Shown here in pieces: positions 10,364-21,534 of a stretch of 64,000 nt of DNA (position 1 is the first letter of the stretch; each line of letters opens with the position of its first letter). The position numbers were made by a program, and so were the translations under genes. The notes beneath the pieces were generated by a model. It ran no database searches. It saw nothing but the letters and a program-made list of their open reading frames with translations, and had not been told where the DNA came from. The DNA is from an uncultured Methanoregulaceae archaeon (lineage in GTDB: Archaea; Halobacteriota; Methanomicrobia; Methanomicrobiales; Methanospirillaceae): contig CAVTTL010000001.1 of assembly GCA_963737635.1 (NCBI GenBank), positions 640,001-704,000 on the forward strand, given 5' to 3'.

Positions 10364-12598
10364 ATGCAGAAAAAGGGTAGAATTTCAGTTCGCGGCATCG
10401 TTCAGGGTGTCGGGTTCCGCCCTTTTGTTTATGCCCGGGCCTGCGAGTTCGGGATTTCAGGTTGGATACAGAATCTCGGGAGCGAGGTGGAGATCTACGC
10501 GCGTGGCGAACGGTTCGCCGATTTTCTTGCGGCAGTCTCCCGGGGCCCGCCAATGGCCCTGATAGATTCTATTGATGTGACCGAGACCACCTCCGACATT
10601 CCCGATGGTTTTTTCATCAAAGGTAGCGGGACCGGTTCTTTTTCCGGCATGATTCCCCCGGATATTGCGATCTGCGACGACTGTATCGCTGATATTTTCA
10701 CTTCCAGAGGGAGGTATGAGGGCTATTGGGCGACCTCCTGCGTGAACTGCGGGCCCCGGTACAGTATCATAGAAGCGATCCCTTACGACAGGGAGCGAAC
10801 GTCTATGGGCGAGTTTCCGATGTGTCCGGCCTGCGCTGGTGAGTACGCCGATCCTCGTTCCCGCCGCCACCATGCGCAAACGATCGCCTGTCAGACCTGC
10901 GGTCCCGGGCTTCGGCTCATGGACCGCACCGGGACCGATGTTCCGTGCGTCGATCCGGTCCGGGAGGCTGCAACACTGCTTGATGCAGGAAAGATCCTTG
11001 CAATACGAGGGATCGGAGGGTTCCATCTTGCCTGCATCGAGAAGTCTTCGGGCGAGCTTAAATCCCGCCTCGGCAGGGTCGAACAGCCTTTCGCAGTGAT
11101 GGTGCGACCGGGGTATATTGGCGAGATCGCGCATATATCACCGGAAGAGCGGCAACTGCTCGAAAGCCCCGTTCACCCGATCGTTGTGCTCGAAAAATGG
11201 GATCATTCGTCGTATGCCACTATCAGCAACCTCCATACTATCGGATGCATGCTGCCCTATACCGGGCTCCACCACCTGCTCTTCTCGTACTTACGCCATC
11301 CACTGCTTATCATGACAAGTGCGAACATGCCGGGTTATCCGATGATCACCGATATCGGCGAGGCTCTTGTAAAACTCGCAAAAGACGCGGATTATTTCCT
11401 TGTCCACAACCGCACCATACAAAACCGGGTCGACGACTCGGTTATCCGCGATGGTTACATCCTTCGCCTTTCCCGGGGAATTGCTCCGAAACGAACGGCA
11501 ATCGATCTTGGTTCGCGCTGCATTCTCGGTGTGGGCCCGGAGCTCAATGCAAACGCTACCATCTACAAAGCCGGCTTTGCCGTCACTTCCCCCCACGTAG
11601 GAAACGTCCGGAACCCGGCAACACTTGCTTACCTGAAGGAGACCGTTTCGAAACTCCAGCGATTGCTGGGTGCAAAATTCGACGTTGTCGCGCATGATCT
11701 TCACCCCCAGTTTCTCTCCACCCGGTTTGCTAAAGAGATTGCAGAAGAGCGGGGGATCGGGCTCGTACCGGTCCAGCATCACCGGGCACACATAGCAGCG
11801 ACAACGACCGAACCCTGCATCGGGATTGCGATCGACGGAGTGGGATACGGGGACGATGGTACGGTCTGGGGAGGTGAGGTGTTCTCCGGCCAGGTCCCGG
11901 ACCTTGCCCGGGTCGCCCATCTCGAACCGGTGGCGATGCCGGGCGGCGATCTTGCCACCCGATTCCCGGAGCGAATGCTGTACGGCATCCTTCCGGAAGA
12001 GGAATGCCTCGATCTCCTCCGGAATCGCGGCTGGTCCGGTATCGAACTTGGCGTACTCAAGAAACAGGTCGCAACCGGGTTCAACGTCACTATGACAAGC
12101 AGCACCGGCCGGGTGCTCGATGCCGCAAGCGCCCTTCTCGGGATATGCCGGGAGCGTACCTACGATGGGGAACCAGCAATGAAACTCGAATCAGCCGCGG
12201 CAGGCGGCAAAACAGAGACGTGGGAGCTGGTCTTTTCCCATACCGACGGATGCGAGGTCCTCTCCACCCGGGCACTCCTTAAAACAGCCCTTACCCGGCT
12301 GTCCCATTCACCTCATGATGACGGGATCACCATTCGGGACGTTGCGGCATCGATCCAGTATAACCTCGCCCGGGGAGTCGCCGCACTCGCCATCCATGCG
12401 GCGGAACGGGACGGTGTGACTCTCGTGGCCCTGAGCGGTGGCGTTGTCGCGAACCGGGCCATTCGTGAGACGATCCAAGCGGAAATTACCAGTGCCGGCC
12501 TTTCTCTTCTCATAAACAAAGCCTATCCGCCGGGCGATGGGTGTGTCTCTTTTGGCCAGTGCATCTGGGCGGGAAAACTCATTAAACCACAGAAATAA
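10364..12598 (+). CDS. hypF: [NiFe]-hydrogenase maturation carbamoyltransferase HypF
   Basis: GIVQGVGFRPFV acylphosphatase domain, CxxC zinc fingers, HDLHP, QHHRAH, DGVGYG, PPGDG. Confidence 0.97.
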   Translation: MQKKGRISVRGIVQGVGFRPFVYARACEFGISGWIQNLGSEVEIYARGERFADFLAAVSRGPPMALIDSIDVTETTSDIPDGFFIKGSGTGSFSGMIPPDIAICDDCIADIFTSRGRYEGYWATSCVNCGPRYSIIEAIPYDRERTSMGEFPMCPACAGEYADPRSRRHHAQTIACQTCGPGLRLMDRTGTDVPCVDPVREAATLLDAGKILAIRGIGGFHLACIEKSSGELKSRLGRVEQPFAVMVRPGYIGEIAHISPEERQLLESPVHPIVVLEKWDHSSYATISNLHTIGCMLPYTGLHHLLFSYLRHPLLIMTSANMPGYPMITDIGEALVKLAKDADYFLVHNRTIQNRVDDSVIRDGYILRLSRGIAPKRTAIDLGSRCILGVGPELNANATIYKAGFAVTSPHVGNVRNPATLAYLKETVSKLQRLLGAKFDVVAHDLHPQFLSTRFAKEIAEERGIGLVPVQHHRAHIAATTTEPCIGIAIDGVGYGDDGTVWGGEVFSGQVPDLARVAHLEPVAMPGGDLATRFPERMLYGILPEEECLDLLRNRGWSGIELGVLKKQVATGFNVTMTSSTGRVLDAASALLGICRERTYDGEPAMKLESAAAGGKTETWELVFSHTDGCEVLSTRALLKTALTRLSHSPHDDGITIRDVAASIQYNLARGVAALAIHAAERDGVTLVALSGGVVANRAIRETIQAEITSAGLSLLINKAYPPGDGCVSFGQCIWAGKLIKPQK

Positions 12599-12670
12599 AC
12601 AGCCGCCGACAAAATCCCAAAAAAACAAGCATTTTATCTTGGCGAAAGTACAAAGCTGAAATCAGCTGAT

Positions 12671-13081
12671 ATGTATCCGCAGAACATCGTTCAGGAACAG
12701 GAAAAGAGGATCAAGAGCCTGGAAAAGGAGCTTACCGAGCTCCGGGAGGGGCTCGCTTCTGTGCATGACTATTTCCTCCAGATAAAAGCTCAGGCTGACG
12801 AACAGAGCATCAGCGCGGAGCTCAACTTCGGGATTATCAGCCCCCTCAAAGATGAGGACGCGGAGTTCGAAGGAATATGGGATTTCCACCAGAAGATGCT
12901 CGTGAGCGATCCGTCTGGTTCCATCCCGCTCGATGTCATGTATGAAACCTATGCCCAGTTCTGCAGGATGACCGGGACAAAGCCGGTGGACAAGGATGCA
13001 TTCGAATATCTCCTCCCGCAAATGGACGACCCGCACCCGTTGATCTTCCGGGGAGACTGGCAGGGATGCAGGTTCCGGTAA
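12671..13081 (+). CDS. Hypothetical protein: coiled coil plus putative winged-helix domain
   Basis: N-terminal heptad pattern; C-terminal ..MYETYAQFC..DKDAF..WQGCRFR. Confidence 0.6.
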   Translation: MYPQNIVQEQEKRIKSLEKELTELREGLASVHDYFLQIKAQADEQSISAELNFGIISPLKDEDAEFEGIWDFHQKMLVSDPSGSIPLDVMYETYAQFCRMTGTKPVDKDAFEYLLPQMDDPHPLIFRGDWQGCRFR

Positions 13082-13112
13082 CTCGTTGGCCGTGCCGGGC
13101 TGGCATGAAGAC

Positions 13113-14171
13113 ATGACGCATGTCCGCATCACGGCCGATTCTGGCATTCCCCTTGTTGGCTCCCTCTATTTTGGCATTATTGACCGGGGCACAAGCCTCC
13201 TGCAGGTACGTCCGAGCTGTGGCTGCAACTTAAACTGCCCCTTCTGCTCGGTCGACGCCGGGCCGTGCTCGGTAACCCGTGCCACCAGTTACGAAGTCGA
13301 GCTGGAGTACCTTCTCTCGGCTGTTGAAGAGATCGCACCCTTCAAAGGTCCCGGCGTCGAATGCCACATCGATTCTCCGGGCGAACCACTCATGTACTCC
13401 CGGCTCCCTGAACTGGTCGCGGCGCTTAAGGCACTCGATTCCGTCGCTGTTGTTTCGCTCCAGACAAACGGTACCCTTCTGAGCTGAGAGGCACTCGATT
13501 CCGTCGCTGTTGTTTCGCTCCAGACAAACGGTACCCTTCTGAGCGATGCAATGATAGAAGCGCTTGCCCGGGCAGGTCTCGACCGGGTCAACCTCTCTCT
13601 CCATGCACTCGATCCAACGCTTGCCCGCACATTGGCCGGTGTGGACTGGTACGATATCGATAGGGTCTGCAGCGCAGCACAGGCTGTCGCAAAAAGTTCC
13701 ATGGATCTTCTTATTGCCCCGGTGTATATGCCGGGCATCAACGACGCCGAGATCCCGAAGCTGATCGATTTTGCCCGGGAATGCGGTGCTGGAAAACGGT
13801 TCCCGCCGCTCGGCATCCAGAAGTTCGAGCGGTACAGGTACGGCCGTACACCAAAAGGGGTCAAAGTCCAGAGCTGGTGGCAGTTTTTCAACCGGAGCAT
13901 CAAAGAGTGGGAAAAAACGTCAGGTCTTCCCCTCCGTCTCAACCCTGAAAGGGACTTTGGAACGGTCCGGCGTCCCTCGCTCCCGCAGGTGTTTAAAAAG
14001 GGCGAGAAGGCAACAGTCGAGATCATGGCCCCGGGCTGGATCCATGGCGAACAGTTGGGCATCGCACGAAACCGGGTGGTCTCGGTGTTTGGCTGTGACA
14101 AAACGTCAGGTCAGGTACGGGTCAGGATCGTAGCGACGAAGAACAACATCTACGTCGGCGTACCTATCTAG
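13113..14171 (+). pseudogene. Radical SAM protein (C-terminal TRAM-like region), interrupted by an in-frame TGA inside a 60-bp duplication
   Basis: CNLNCPFC motif, GEPL, SLQTNG; same reading frame on both sides of TGA 13485-13487. Confidence 0.75.
13429..13544 (+). repeat. Tandem duplication: two identical 56-bp copies separated by TGAG
   Basis: 13429-13484 is identical to 13489-13544. Confidence 0.97.
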
Positions 14172-14251
14172 GTGGGCGGACAGCGAAAACTGAGTGTAAA
14201 TAAGAAAACGACTGAAAAACAACACGGGAAAAGAAGAAAGGAAAAAAAGAT

Positions 14252-14563
14252 TTAGCCGAACAGGGCACCGAGCCCTGCCATGCCGCTCTCTTCTTCTGCT
14301 TTCTTATCCTCTTCCTTGTGCTCTTCCTTGGCGGGTGCCGCGGCTGCGTGGCCTGCTGCGGGCGCTGCGGCGGCAACTGCGACCGGTGCTGCTGCCTTGC
14401 TGATCGCCTCTTCAATGTTCACGCCGTCGAGGGCTGCAATGAGCGCCTTGATCCGTGACTCGTCTGCTGCTACACCTGCGGCGGTAAGGACTGCCTTGAC
14501 GCCGTTCTCGTCGATCTTCTTGCCTGCTTTGTGCAGGAGAAGTGCTGCATAGATATACTCCAT
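14252..14563 (-). CDS. rpl12: 50S ribosomal protein L12 (P1)
   Basis: [11 protein letters not shown] ... GLGALFG. Confidence 0.98.
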   Translation of the reverse strand: MEYIYAALLLHKAGKKIDENGVKAVLTAAGVAADESRIKALIAALDGVNIEEAISKAAAPVAVAAAAPAAGHAAAAPAKEEHKEEDKKAEEESGMAGLGALFG

Positions 14564-14589
14564 CTTAAATTCACCTCAAATACTCTCTT

Positions 14590-15438
14590 TTATTTAACCA
14601 GGGTCTTCAACACCTGGCTCTCTCTCTGGGCTTTACCAATAATCGCATCGATAACGTCTTTCTCGTAGACAGACGCCTCGATCGCAAGGCTGCGTGCTTC
14701 CCTGACCGCCTTAGTCAGGATCGGTGCCATGGTCTCCTTATTCGGGATTGCTGCATTCACCGACAGGTTGAACGCCTGCTGGCCGGCAAGCTGGAGCTGG
14801 GCAAGGAACTTTGTCTCATCCACAGCGAGCACGGACGGCTCGTAAAGATTGCCATCGTGGAAGGCTGCCTGAAGGGCAAGTCCCACGTCCATTGGCTTGA
14901 TATCGAGCTTGATGAGCACGTCCGCAAGCTTCGCGGAGATGACCGCGCCTTTCTTGACGACCGTCTTGGTCTCGCGGATCTTGACTTTGCCGCCTTCAAT
15001 CGCTGCGGGAATGCCGGCCTGCTGGAGTTCGCCGACAATCGGACCCGGCTTGAAGCTCGTGGGCCCCTTCTCGATAACGATGTCTTCAGGGGCGGTCTCG
15101 CCAGGCTTTGCAGCCATCTTGGTCTTGGTCTTCTCGAGCTGCTTGTAGAGCTTGAACGGATTGTCGTTGGAGAAGATCACTGCGGAATGGCCGGAGATGA
15201 ACTTCGTAAGTCCTTTTGCGTCCCCGCCAATCTCGCTGAGCGCGTGCTCAATCAAGGTGTTCCTCGTTACCTTGATGACTGCCTTGCCCCTAAGGTTCCT
15301 GCGGATCTGCTGCACCTGCTGAGCGGGGATACCATACATGTCTACAAGCCCGATCAGGGGGTATTCCTTTGCATGCTTCTTGATCTCCGCAACCTCGTCC
15401 TTTTTCCATGCGGGCAGGTGATGGGTATAGAGTGCCAT
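14590..15438 (-). CDS. rpl10: 50S ribosomal protein L10 (uL10/P0)
   Basis: PAWKKDEV, QQIRRNLRG, GPTSFKPGP. Confidence 0.97.
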   Translation of the reverse strand: MALYTHHLPAWKKDEVAEIKKHAKEYPLIGLVDMYGIPAQQVQQIRRNLRGKAVIKVTRNTLIEHALSEIGGDAKGLTKFISGHSAVIFSNDNPFKLYKQLEKTKTKMAAKPGETAPEDIVIEKGPTSFKPGPIVGELQQAGIPAAIEGGKVKIRETKTVVKKGAVISAKLADVLIKLDIKPMDVGLALQAAFHDGNLYEPSVLAVDETKFLAQLQLAGQQAFNLSVNAAIPNKETMAPILTKAVREARSLAIEASVYEKDVIDAIIGKAQRESQVLKTLVK

Positions 15439-16082
15439 TATACCAGCCTCACGGACGGACCCATGGTAGTCTTGACGTAGATCGAGCGGACGTTCAGGTG
15501 ACCCTGCTCGAGGACAGATTCGATACGTTTAACAACCGCGTCGATGTTCTCGGAGACCTGCTCCGGTGTCATTGCCGTTGATCCTACTTTTGTGGAAAAG
15601 ACCGTCTTGTCTTTGGTACGGATCTTAACCGAGTTTCTCAGGCGTTCGACAATCGGACGGATATCAGTCTGCCCGGGGATCGGCATCGGCATTCTGCCCC
15701 GCGGACCAAGCCGGGGACCTAAGAAACGACCGACCTGCGGCATGACCCCGGTCTCGGCAAGGAAGTACTTGTAGGTACTTGCAACCCTGCGTGCCTCGCG
15801 AGGTGCACCTCCAAGTCGTTCTACCTCTTCAGGACCGATAATCAGATCAACCTTGGCATCCTTTGCCTGCGTGACGATGTCCCCTTTCCCGATGACACAG
15901 ATACCGGTCTTTTCCCCGGTCCCGTTCGGGAGAAGAATCGTCTCGTCGATACGATTTTTCGGCTGCGCCATATCGATATTCTTGAGATTGATGGTAATAT
16001 CGATGCTTTCGGAGAATTTCCGCTTTGGCGCCTTTTCAATAGCCGTTTTTACAGCTTCCAGAATTTTGGCCCTTTCAACCAT
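15438..16082 (-). CDS. rpl1: 50S ribosomal protein L1
   Basis: KRKFSES, LGPRGRMP, VKTTMGP. Confidence 0.98.
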   Translation of the reverse strand: MVERAKILEAVKTAIEKAPKRKFSESIDITINLKNIDMAQPKNRIDETILLPNGTGEKTGICVIGKGDIVTQAKDAKVDLIIGPEEVERLGGAPREARRVASTYKYFLAETGVMPQVGRFLGPRLGPRGRMPMPIPGQTDIRPIVERLRNSVKIRTKDKTVFSTKVGSTAMTPEQVSENIDAVVKRIESVLEQGHLNVRSIYVKTTMGPSVRLV

Positions 16083-16091
16083 CAGATTCCT

Positions 16092-16127
16092 CCATAGTCT
16101 GCGACCGAACCCTTCGATCTCCTATGG
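16092..16127 (-). promoter_or_regulatory. Putative L1-binding autoregulatory RNA hairpin upstream of rpl1
   Basis: mRNA CCAUAG-GA-GAUCGAA-GGG-UUCGGUC-GCAGA-CUAUGG forms two helices with an asymmetric internal loop; the 3' arm overlaps the GGAGG Shine-Dalgarno of rpl1. Confidence 0.65.
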
Positions 16128-16139
16128 TTTTCTCCTGAT

Positions 16140-16616
16140 TTATTTCACAAGGACACTGTCATATTTGCCAGCAGCGATGTCAGCGAGCACTTCCTTGGGG
16201 CGCTTGCCGTCAACGTTGACTCCCATGCTAACGCACGTGCCCACGACCTCTTTTACCGCGGTCTTGAGCTCGTAAGAGAGCATGCCTTCGAGTTTCATGT
16301 TGGCAATCCTGACAGCGGCCTCGAATGACAGGTTTCCTGCCACTTTGGCGTTGGGCTCTGCGGAACCTTTCTCGATATTGGCCTCTTTTTTTATGAGTGC
16401 CGTCGTCGGTGGAATACCCACCGTGACCGTGAACTTTTTCTTGTCGTCAACTTCGACCTTGACCGGAACCTGCATTCCGTTGAAGGACGCAGTCTTCTGG
16501 TTGATCTCATCGACAACAGCTTTCACGTTGATACCGAGTGGTCCGAGCGCCGGTCCTAATGGCGGACCTGCGGTTGCCTTCCCGCCGGGTACTAAAACCT
16601 CGACCACTTCTGCCAT
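16140..16616 (-). CDS. rpl11: 50S ribosomal protein L11
   Basis: [25 protein letters not shown]. Confidence 0.98.
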   Translation of the reverse strand: MAEVVEVLVPGGKATAGPPLGPALGPLGINVKAVVDEINQKTASFNGMQVPVKVEVDDKKKFTVTVGIPPTTALIKKEANIEKGSAEPNAKVAGNLSFEAAVRIANMKLEGMLSYELKTAVKEVVGTCVSMGVNVDGKRPKEVLADIAAGKYDSVLVK

Positions 16617-16900
16617 AGTTTTGCACCATGCCGTCCCGTAGATATACGGGCACTCAGCTTGGGTCTGTTAAATTTGACGTAAGAGGACATAAAGGTGATC
16701 GTAAAAGAGATTTTCTCGGCGTTATGGAGAGATCACTCCTTGTGATCGTGCGTAACCCTCCCTGCTCATCGCGCGGTTGAATATCCCCCGGTAAGCCTCC
16801 CGGAACACCGGGTTGACCACCAGTGAAGCCGGGTGTATGCCGGGGACAAACAGATACCCTCATATGATTTCGCTCGGTAACGATGTATAGGAAACCTTAC

Positions 16901-17818
16901 ATGGACATTATTGAAGCAGATAATCTCAGCAAATCATTTGGATCTTTTAAGGCTGTTCATGATGTCAGTATTGATGTAAAAGAGGGGGAGATCTTTGGTT
17001 TTCTCGGGCCCAACGGTGCCGGGAAGACCACCACCATCCGGATGCTGACCGGGGTGCTGACACCGGATGCCGGCTCTGCCCGTATCTGCGGGATCGATAT
17101 TGGCAAACACCCGCTCGAAGCCAAACTGAAGATGGGGATCATCCCCGAGAACGGCACGGTTTACAGTGACCTGACTGCCGAACAGAATATTCTCTGGACG
17201 GCGAAATTCTACGGTCTGGACAGCGTCACCCGCAAAAAACGGGCCGATGAAATCCTCGCCCGGCTGGGACTGTCGGAACGCAAGGACGACATCGTCCGCA
17301 CCTTCTCAAAAGGGATGCGGCAGCGGATCAGCATCGCCTGTGCCATCGTCCCCTCGCCACCGGTCTTATTTCTGGACGAGCCCACAGGAGGGCTGGACGT
17401 GTTCAGCCGCCGGCTTGTGCTTGACACGATCCGCAGGATGAACGACGAGGGCAGTACGATCTTTCTTACCACGCACAACATCGAGGAGGCAAATGAGCTC
17501 TGCACGGTCATCAGCGTCATCAACAAAGGCAGGATCGTGGCAACGGGCAGCCCGGAGAGACTCAAAAAAACCTTCGATACCGCAAAATATGTGGAGATCG
17601 CGTTCGAGCAGCCGGTGAAAAAAGAGTGGCTGGAAGCGAGCGGAGTCTTCCGCGTAGAGAATCACGGCGACAAGTGGAGACTGTACACGGATGACCCGGA
17701 CCCTGCCGTCAAATACCTTGCCGCCCTTGCGGAACGGGAACATCTGAAAATAATCTCGGTTGCAACATCGAGCCCGACGCTCGAAGAAGCATTCGTCCAG
17801 CTCACGGAAGGTGCATGA
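16901..17818 (+). CDS. ABC transporter ATP-binding protein (DrrA-like)
   Basis: GPNGAGKTT, FSKGM, FLDEPT, TTH. Confidence 0.95.
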   Translation: MDIIEADNLSKSFGSFKAVHDVSIDVKEGEIFGFLGPNGAGKTTTIRMLTGVLTPDAGSARICGIDIGKHPLEAKLKMGIIPENGTVYSDLTAEQNILWTAKFYGLDSVTRKKRADEILARLGLSERKDDIVRTFSKGMRQRISIACAIVPSPPVLFLDEPTGGLDVFSRRLVLDTIRRMNDEGSTIFLTTHNIEEANELCTVISVINKGRIVATGSPERLKKTFDTAKYVEIAFEQPVKKEWLEASGVFRVENHGDKWRLYTDDPDPAVKYLAALAEREHLKIISVATSSPTLEEAFVQLTEGA

Positions 17819-18561
17819 TGGACCCCCGGCTTTTTGCCCGGAGCGTCCTTTTGGTCGCCGAGAAGAACATGCGGATTTACTACTACAAGGGGGCGGTCGT
17901 GATCTTCGGTCTCCTGTTTCCTTTCCTGATGTTCCTGACCTTTTTTATCGGACGGAACCTCAATCTCGTCCTCTTCTTCCCGGCATTCCTTGGCATGATG
18001 CTGTTCTTCTCTTCCTCTTCCACCGGGCCGCTTATCACGCCGTGGGAGAAACGGGAAAAGACATACGAGCGCCTCCTGTCCCTGCCAGTAACGCTGGAAA
18101 GCATCATTCTTGGTGACATCCTTGCAGGGGCGCTCTTCGGGATCGTCATCACTACGATCGTCTGGAGTGCAGGAACGTTTCTTCTCCACCTGCCCCTCGC
18201 CCACCCCCTGCTCCTGGCGGTCACATTAATCCTAGGGGGATTTACCTTTGCAGCTCTCGGGACCCTTCTCTCGTCCCCTGCCATGAGCAATCCTTCCAAC
18301 GTAATGATGGTCTCCAACCTGATCCGCCTGCCCCTGATCTTTGTCTCGGGGATCTTCATTCCGCTGAGTCAGCTCGGGAGCTGGGCATGGACAAACGAAA
18401 TGTCACCGCTCACCTACCTTGTCGACCTGTTCAACGGGGCGATCACCAACAATGGGGTCTACCCTCCGCTCGCCGACACGGTTATCCTTGGTATGGTTAT
18501 TGTGGTGTTTGTTGCGGCTGCAAAACTGATCCAGCAGTATAACCTTTCAAAAGGGATCTAG
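17815..18561 (+). CDS. ABC-2 type permease
   Basis: Several TM segments, FVSGIFIP, SPLTY; overlaps the ATPase gene. Confidence 0.9.
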   Translation: MMDPRLFARSVLLVAEKNMRIYYYKGAVVIFGLLFPFLMFLTFFIGRNLNLVLFFPAFLGMMLFFSSSSTGPLITPWEKREKTYERLLSLPVTLESIILGDILAGALFGIVITTIVWSAGTFLLHLPLAHPLLLAVTLILGGFTFAALGTLLSSPAMSNPSNVMMVSNLIRLPLIFVSGIFIPLSQLGSWAWTNEMSPLTYLVDLFNGAITNNGVYPPLADTVILGMVIVVFVAAAKLIQQYNLSKGI

Positions 18562-18757
18562 GAGAGGAGGCCCGTAAGAATATCCGGGTTAAACCCCGGT
18601 GTATCCCGGGGCGCATACCCGCTTACCGGTATCGGAGCCAGGTAAAGGGATTTTAGATGCGCTGATCTGGTGCAAAAGGTAGCATCTAAAGCTCTATTAG
18701 TTTCTTGTGAACATACCCGGGTATCTTCCTCAGGAATAAGGAGGATGTGAGAACGCT

Positions 18758-19495
18758 ATGACCGTACAATTCGAGCAGTTGCGGGGAAAAACCGCGATTG
18801 TCACCGGTGCCTCTTCAGGTATCGGACTTGCAACCGCCCGCCTCCTTGCAGAAAACGGCGTCAGGGTAGGGCTTGTCTCGCGATCGAAAGAAACGCTTGA
18901 AAAGATAGCAGGTACACTGCCTGGTTCCCGACCCAGTCCAGCCGATATGACCAGGATCCCGCAGATCAAAAAGATGGTCAGCCTGGCAGCGAAGTATTTT
19001 GGCAGGATCGATATCCTGATAAATAATGCAGGGCAGGGATACGATGCGCCGGTTGAGAAGACCGGGATCCAGACATTCCGGTATATTTATGACCTGAATG
19101 TAATTGGCCCGGTGGTCGCCATGCAACAGGTAATCCCGATCATGCGGACGCAGGGTGGAGGATCTATCATCAATATCAGCTCCGGCACTGCACTGATGCA
19201 CCTGCCGGGCATGAGCCCCTATTCATCGTCAAAGCGGGCCCTTGCTGGAATCAGCCTCGCCGCCCGGCAGGAGCTGCAGGCCGACCATATCGCCGTCAGC
19301 GTCGTCTATCCCTATATTACCCTTACCAATTTCGAGAAAAACACCATCCGCGCAGTCCCGGTTTCTGGCGACGACTACGAACCGACCGGCCCGTACCCTC
19401 CGGATTCTGCAGATTTTGTTGCCGTAAAGATTGTCGAGGGTATCGTGAGCGGCGAAGCGGAGATCTTTTCCCACGACTGGATGAAACCGTCATGA
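18758..19495 (+). CDS. Short-chain dehydrogenase/reductase
   Basis: TGASSGIG, NNAG, YSSSK. Confidence 0.93.
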   Translation: MTVQFEQLRGKTAIVTGASSGIGLATARLLAENGVRVGLVSRSKETLEKIAGTLPGSRPSPADMTRIPQIKKMVSLAAKYFGRIDILINNAGQGYDAPVEKTGIQTFRYIYDLNVIGPVVAMQQVIPIMRTQGGGSIINISSGTALMHLPGMSPYSSSKRALAGISLAARQELQADHIAVSVVYPYITLTNFEKNTIRAVPVSGDDYEPTGPYPPDSADFVAVKIVEGIVSGEAEIFSHDWMKPS

Positions 19496-19577
19496 ATGGG
19501 AATTAATGCAGTACAAACCGACTCTTCAGAGGAGCCTGTTTCCCCATTCGTTTTTTACTCCGGAAACACCCTGATAA

Positions 19578-21352
19578 TTACCCGATAATCTCCAGTCCTG
19601 CATCCTCCACGGTTTCCGGAGGTACTTCGGCATTTCCTTCGCGCTTCATAGTATCCTCATGGACAAAACGCGACCCGGTCATCGACGATAACACTGCCGC
19701 GATAACTGATAGCAGGGCACCGATGTAAAACGAGATCCGGAGCGAGGGCATGAAGGCATAGGCGAGCGTCGTTGGGAACCAAGAAGTTCCGGTCAGGGTC
19801 GCAATGGTCGCTGGATTGATCGACGCAACCACAGCCTGAGGTAGCGCAACAAGAATGGTATGGACCGGGTTATAGCCAAGGAATGCGGCAAATAACGCCC
19901 CGGTCGGGGGGATTGCGCTCATGGGAACGATAAGGCCCGGGCCCCGGCTGCCGAAAGAGATGTTGCCAGTTGCGGGGGGAAGAGCTGGGACAGGCTGACA
20001 ATGACGATGGTAAAGAACAGGGCCATGGAGATGACCATCCCACTGTTCTGGAGCATCGATCGCATACCTGATGCAACCCCGCGGTCTTCCGGGGGTACGG
20101 AGTTCATGATGGCCGCGACGTTGGGCGAACCGAACATGCCATTACCGAGTCCCATGATCAGGAGCGCGATGGCAAAGATCGGGTAATCGAAATTATAGGG
20201 TAAAGCGGCAAGCATCATGAACGAGAGAGCAATCAGGAGCAGACCTGACGTGGCAAACCATCGTGAGCCGTATTTGTCCGAGAGCCAGCCTGAGAGGGGG
20301 CCCATGACCACAAAACCGGCGGTAAGTGGCAGCATGAATATCCCGGCCCAGAACGGTGTTGATTCGTAGCTGTAACCATGGAGCGGCAGCCAGATGCCTT
20401 GGAGCATCAGGATCAGGATAAACATCATGCCGCCACGTGCAAGTGCGCTCAGGAACCCGGCAGTGTTGGCAAGGGAGAATACCTTGATCTTAAAGAGATT
20501 CAGCCGAAACATCGGGTCCTCGACCCGGCTCTCGATGAATGGGAATGCGATGAGGAACGCAACGCCAATGGCAATCGCGGCAAGTACCCACGGGTCACCC
20601 CAGCCCATAGGGTCGCTTCCGTAAGGTAGGAGTGCATAGGTAATCCCGATAAGGAGGATCGTGAGTCCTGCGACAAAGGTAACATTACCCCAGAGATCGA
20701 TCTTCCTTGCCCTTTTTGAGACTGAAGTTTCTTTAAGTTTGAAGAAGGCCCAGACCGTCCCGAGGATGCCGACCGGCACGCTGACCAGGAAGACGTACCG
20801 CCAGTTATAGAACGCGAGGATACCGCCGAGGATCAGGCCTACAAACTGGCCCGAGAGGAATGCAATCGTGTTAAGGCCCAGTGCCTTACCCCTCTCGTCA
20901 GGAGGGAAGGCATCGGTGAGGATGGCAGCGCTGTTGGAGAAGGTAAACGATGCCCCCACAGCCTGGACAAGGCGGAATGCAATGATCTCCAGCGCTCCTG
21001 CGTCGCCCTTGTCGGGCGTGAGGAAGAGCAGGATGGAGCCGAAGGTAAAGATGGCAAAACCGATGTTGTAGAGCCTTACCCTCCCGTACATATCTGAGAG
21101 CCGGCCGCAACTGAGGAGCAGGGTGGCTGTGACGAGGCTGTACCCCATGAGCACCCAGATGAGATACTGGAAAGAGGTAAGTGGATTGATATTGATGCCG
21201 TTGAAGATCGCGGGCAGCGATATAAGGGTTATGCTCCCGTTCACGGAGACCATGAACATCTCGATGGTCGTGATCGAGAGAACGATCCACTTGTAATCGA
21301 TCCCCTTTTTTATAACCCCTGCCCCGTTCTCTGGTGTCTTGGTGGTTTCCAT
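19578..21352 (-). CDS. MFS (DHA2-like) transporter with an apparent frameshift near 19940
   Basis: GRLSDMYGR motif A, many TM segments; the C-terminus continues in ORF 19578-19922 ([15 protein letters not shown]). Confidence 0.88.
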
Positions 21353-21534
21353 GTGCCCGTGCTGCCCCTAGTTCTCTCCGGGTATCGGCCGGAGGATGTA
21401 AAATCCAGGTTACAAAGTGGATCGTAGGGGACTATAATGTTAATAGTTCCCGCAGGGGAAGAAAAGGACTGGCCGGCAACAACCGGGCTTATCCGGTAAA
21501 AGAGGGGAGATTTTCACAAACCCGCTGTGGGGGT

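Noticed and set aside
13485-13487. Selenocysteine UGA
   Set aside because: The codon is created at a duplication junction, not at a conserved Cys position
16780-18615. Similar GC-rich motifs (CCGGGTT..GGTGTAT.CCGGGG) on both sides of the ABC operon
   Set aside because: Too short and gapped to call a target-site duplication or repeat element
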